From the IMG/VR virus record IMGVR_UViG_3300045988_132745, positions 42,131-106,130 of that record: a stretch of DNA of 64,000 nucleotides. The stretch is one strand, 5' to 3'. This document shows positions 61,637 to 64,000 of this stretch, piece after piece (position 1 is the first letter of the stretch; every line of letters begins with the position of its first letter). The translations under genes were made by a program, and so were the position numbers. Below the pieces are notes generated by a model. That model did not search any database, was not told the origin of the DNA, and was given only the letters and a program-made list of their open reading frames with translations. This stretch comes from a virus.

Positions 61637-62266
61637 ATGAGCGACGTTAGAGTATTAAAAAACATAAATCACCTTGGGAACGGAGTTGCTTATTTCGTTG
61701 TTTACGAGGATCAGATTAGCGGAACCGCAGCCGATGGAACGACGTATGACTATTCGCTTAAAAACGGTGAAAGCACATGTTGGAGTGACCTTGAATCCGA
61801 ACTTGAGAAAAAATTTGATGGCCTTCAATTCACGCTTGGCGAGGACAACGAAATAGATATTGACGAATGGTACTCTGATGACGAAGCTCTTGAAGAAGCA
61901 GAAAAAACAAATAAAATAGAGGAAATTCGTGAGTTCGCGAAAGAGTGGTTAGATGATAATGAATGCTTCTATGATTGTAAGTTTTGGAATTACTGGGACG
62001 GATCTAATTGGAAGTCGTGGTTGCTATATTGCGAGAATCCTGAAGTGGACGACAACAAGGACTATGAGCTGCTGGGTGAAGATGTTACTTTGGATGAAGA
62101 ACCAGATGAAGAGGATATTGTCCTTGCTGCATTCAAGCGAGCGAGAAAAGCCTCACCTGAATGGCAGAACGGGTACGCTCAATATAAAGACGAGGAAACA
62201 GGTTATTTAGTTACGTTTTCTTGCTGGGAGGGCGATGCGGAGGCAGCTGCTGTTTCTAAAGAATAA
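61637..62266 (+). CDS. highly acidic hypothetical protein
   Basis: 209 aa; many D/E runs and Trp-rich segments. Confidence 0.6.
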   Translation: MSDVRVLKNINHLGNGVAYFVVYEDQISGTAADGTTYDYSLKNGESTCWSDLESELEKKFDGLQFTLGEDNEIDIDEWYSDDEALEEAEKTNKIEEIREFAKEWLDDNECFYDCKFWNYWDGSNWKSWLLYCENPEVDDNKDYELLGEDVTLDEEPDEEDIVLAAFKRARKASPEWQNGYAQYKDEETGYLVTFSCWEGDAEAAAVSKE

Positions 62267-62302
62267 TCTCCTTATATAGCAGAGTATTAAATTGACAATT
62301 TT

Positions 62303-62331
62303 TTCAGCCCTACCGCAATACGGCAAGCGGA
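62303..62331 (+). promoter_or_regulatory. conserved 5' leader hairpin, copy C (compensated stem)
   Basis: TTCAGCCCT-aCCGC-aatacggcaa-GCGG. Confidence 0.6.
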
Positions 62332-62335
62332 ATGA

Positions 62336-62639
62336 TATGGAGAATATATTAGAGAAAACAGTAAAAGAGAATGGCAATATAGAGTTGAACGAATTAAGTT
62401 GGAAGCAGCTCATCGCTCTTATGAACATCTGGGACACCGACTATGCAAAGAAGGAGAATAAATCATTCTCCGAAATGGTGAAGAGGTGCTATAAGCCTCG
62501 CCCTTGGCATGAGAACGCAAATATTATTTATCTACATAAAGACAACCTGAGAACAACCATCGTCCCTCATGCTTGTTATAACCTCGATGAAGCAGAGGAG
62601 AAAATCATGCTTGGTTTATTTAAAAAGCAATTAAAGTAA
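62336..62639 (+). CDS. hypothetical protein
   Basis: Start moved to MENILEK, downstream of the leader hairpin. Confidence 0.55.
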
Positions 62640-62681
62640 AGAGTAATATCTTTGTTATAGCAAAGAATATTAATCACAAGT

Positions 62682-62711
62682 TTCAGCCCTACCGCATCAC
62701 GGACAAGCGGA
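62682..62711 (+). promoter_or_regulatory. conserved 5' leader hairpin, copy D (compensated stem)
   Basis: TTCAGCCCT-aCCGC-atcacggacaa-GCGG, 6 nt before ATG 62717. Confidence 0.6.
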
Positions 62712-62716
62712 ACGAT

Positions 62717-63436
62717 ATGACAAAATCAGATATTAAGACATTGGACGACTTGAAGGAGTACTTGACTGAATATTGCGAGGAGAATCCTGAAGACGATTGT
62801 TGCGAACTGATCCGCGACATCTGCGAGAAAAACGGATGGATATATACCGCAGATTCTGCCATCAGTTATGATGATGAGGATTTTGTCACCGATGGTGAAT
62901 ACGTATTGTCATTTACTCTTGGAGTCTGGGAGCTCCACGAGAACTACAGTCGGGATGTTAAACGCTATGGACGCATGGTAGCTCTTAGAGAGGATGGCAA
63001 GAATTGGTATGTCAGGTTCCCCTTGGGAGATGGCGAAGTAATCTACCCTAAGAAGGATTGGACGCTTGAGAATGCTATCTACGACCAGGCGGATAAATGT
63101 TATGCGGACAAGTTGAATAACATAAAGAAGATGACTTATGATGAATATGAAGACTTAAGTATTCAGTCTCCAGATGAGTTCTGGGAGAAATTCGACTATT
63201 TCACTGATATGGAGAATGTAGGCGACATGCAGTATCTATTTGATTTTAACGACCGCTTCTGTGGTATAGGAGCCTTAAATGTCAACGAGAGTGTTGTTGC
63301 GGCATGGTTGCCGGATAATCAATATATATTTTACGACACATCTGTTCAGGATGTCTTGAGGTATATTTTGAAGAATTATCCAGGACTTGATGACAAGGCC
63401 ATAGAGCAAGAACTTAATGACCTCCCCGAATTTTAG
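62717..63436 (+). CDS. acidic hypothetical protein
   Basis: 239 aa; shares the KKDWTLENAI motif with 63480-63944. Confidence 0.6.
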   Translation: MTKSDIKTLDDLKEYLTEYCEENPEDDCCELIRDICEKNGWIYTADSAISYDDEDFVTDGEYVLSFTLGVWELHENYSRDVKRYGRMVALREDGKNWYVRFPLGDGEVIYPKKDWTLENAIYDQADKCYADKLNNIKKMTYDEYEDLSIQSPDEFWEKFDYFTDMENVGDMQYLFDFNDRFCGIGALNVNESVVAAWLPDNQYIFYDTSVQDVLRYILKNYPGLDDKAIEQELNDLPEF

Positions 63437-63445
63437 ACAAATAAT

Positions 63446-63473
63446 TTCAGCCCTCGACTACACGGTTAAGTCA
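63446..63473 (+). promoter_or_regulatory. conserved 5' leader hairpin, copy E
   Basis: TTCAGCCCT-cGAC-tacacggttaa-GTCa, 7 nt before ATG 63480. Confidence 0.6.
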
Positions 63474-63479
63474 ATAGAT

Positions 63480-63944
63480 ATGTTAGAATTTTTTAATCCT
63501 GATATTATAATAGCGAACGATGGCGGATTAGGCAGCGCTGTGGACGGGGTGCCTACTTTTGAAGACATTGACACAGATTTGTTTCCTGAAGGCTTTTTCT
63601 CGCAGGTGGCTTTTGATTATCTGGACGATAATTGGGGAAATGGCTACGATATGGAAGACACAGTGGCAAGATGGATTAACGACGAAGACAAAGAGCATTG
63701 GTACGATATAAAGAAGGCTGAAGATGGTGATTATTACTTTGTTGCCGGCGATCAGACTGGTGTTGTTTATTTCGGGAAGATAGAGGTTGTCAAAGTTATA
63801 TTTGAGGACTACGAACTGAGATTTAACGAGGATAGTGATTACTATTACGTCCAGCTTCAGGACAAGGAAGGCGAATATCGCAAGGAGGATTGGACTTTAG
63901 AGAATGCTATTCTTGACATGAAAAGAATCCTTGAAGAGTCTTGA
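63480..63944 (+). CDS. acidic protein, paralog of 59933-60499
   Basis: Start moved to MLEFFNPD; ...YYFVAGDQTGVVYFGKIEVVKVIFEDYELRF...KEDWTLENAI. Confidence 0.6.
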   Translation: MLEFFNPDIIIANDGGLGSAVDGVPTFEDIDTDLFPEGFFSQVAFDYLDDNWGNGYDMEDTVARWINDEDKEHWYDIKKAEDGDYYFVAGDQTGVVYFGKIEVVKVIFEDYELRFNEDSDYYYVQLQDKEGEYRKEDWTLENAILDMKRILEES

Positions 63945-63947
63945 TTC

Positions 63948-64000
63948 ATGTACGAGATAACAGACGTAATACGCGACTATCTGTTTGTTACGCTCCGTCT
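63948..64000 (+). CDS. second copy of the MYEITD small protein (truncated by the window end)
   Basis: 53 nt identical to 61388-61440. Confidence 0.5.
   Translation, partial: MYEITDVIRDYLFVTLR

Noticed and set aside
1-64000. Genome-wide TAG (amber) reassignment, suggested by the in-frame TAG at 22008
   Set aside because: TAG is the terminal codon of many otherwise well-delimited ORFs here, for example those ending at 883, 2811, 6861, 10619, 24896, 38267, 42664, 50511 and 56012. The giant structural ORFs are uninterrupted under the standard code.
46308-64000. The right-hand 18 kb as host chromosome, or a prophage att junction near 46.3 kb
   Set aside because: There is no integrase, no full tRNA and no att-like direct repeat pair. 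The region reuses phage-specific elements found in the left part, namely the conserved-apex terminators, the AATTCAAAA element and the GTAAAAAAG repeat at 60748. It therefore appears to belong to the same replicon. This remains unproven without the flanking sequence.

Overview
The window is almost entirely + strand and tightly packed. It reads as about 64 kb of a tailed dsDNA phage or prophage of a Bacteroidota host. Host evidence: 13 TAnnTTTG -7 promoter boxes, lipoprotein signal peptides and almost no Shine-Dalgarno sites. No integrase, transposase, rRNA or CRISPR array is visible. Layout: (1) 1-4.9 kb head module: one Met-type tRNA, an S49 protease-scaffold fusion and a putative major capsid protein. 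(2) 5.0-6.2 kb: a stand-alone LysR-type regulator moron. (3) 6.3-22.9 kb: small genes, most preceded by a conserved ATATAGAG leader. They include RtcB RNA ligase, three YopX-like proteins, a GNAT, an ASCH-like protein, a C5-methylase remnant and a membrane cluster with an SPFH lipoprotein broken by one in-frame TAG. (4) 23-46.3 kb late block: portal-like protein, beta-class DNA methyltransferase, giant tail and fibre proteins (945, 1724 and 778 aa), a diversity-generating retroelement (DGR), GH24 lysozyme and small membrane proteins. (5) 46.5-64 kb accessory or early-like region: an opposite-strand lipoprotein, four divergent XRE-repressor switch modules, a five-fold zinc-ribbon plus Vsr/DUF559-like nuclease, a polyvalent-type protein, an AntA-like antirepressor and acidic paralog cassettes that share a covarying 5' leader hairpin. 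Best-supported special system: the DGR at 38.3-42.7 kb. TR and VR differ at 12 positions over 111 nt, and all 12 are TR adenines. This DGR has no Avd gene, its TR lies inside a long open frame, and its RT has an extended C-terminus with F-G-D-N where Y-x-D-D is expected. The window also holds several families of structured intergenic repeats that gene annotation does not explain. All product calls come from motifs read by eye, and no database search was possible.
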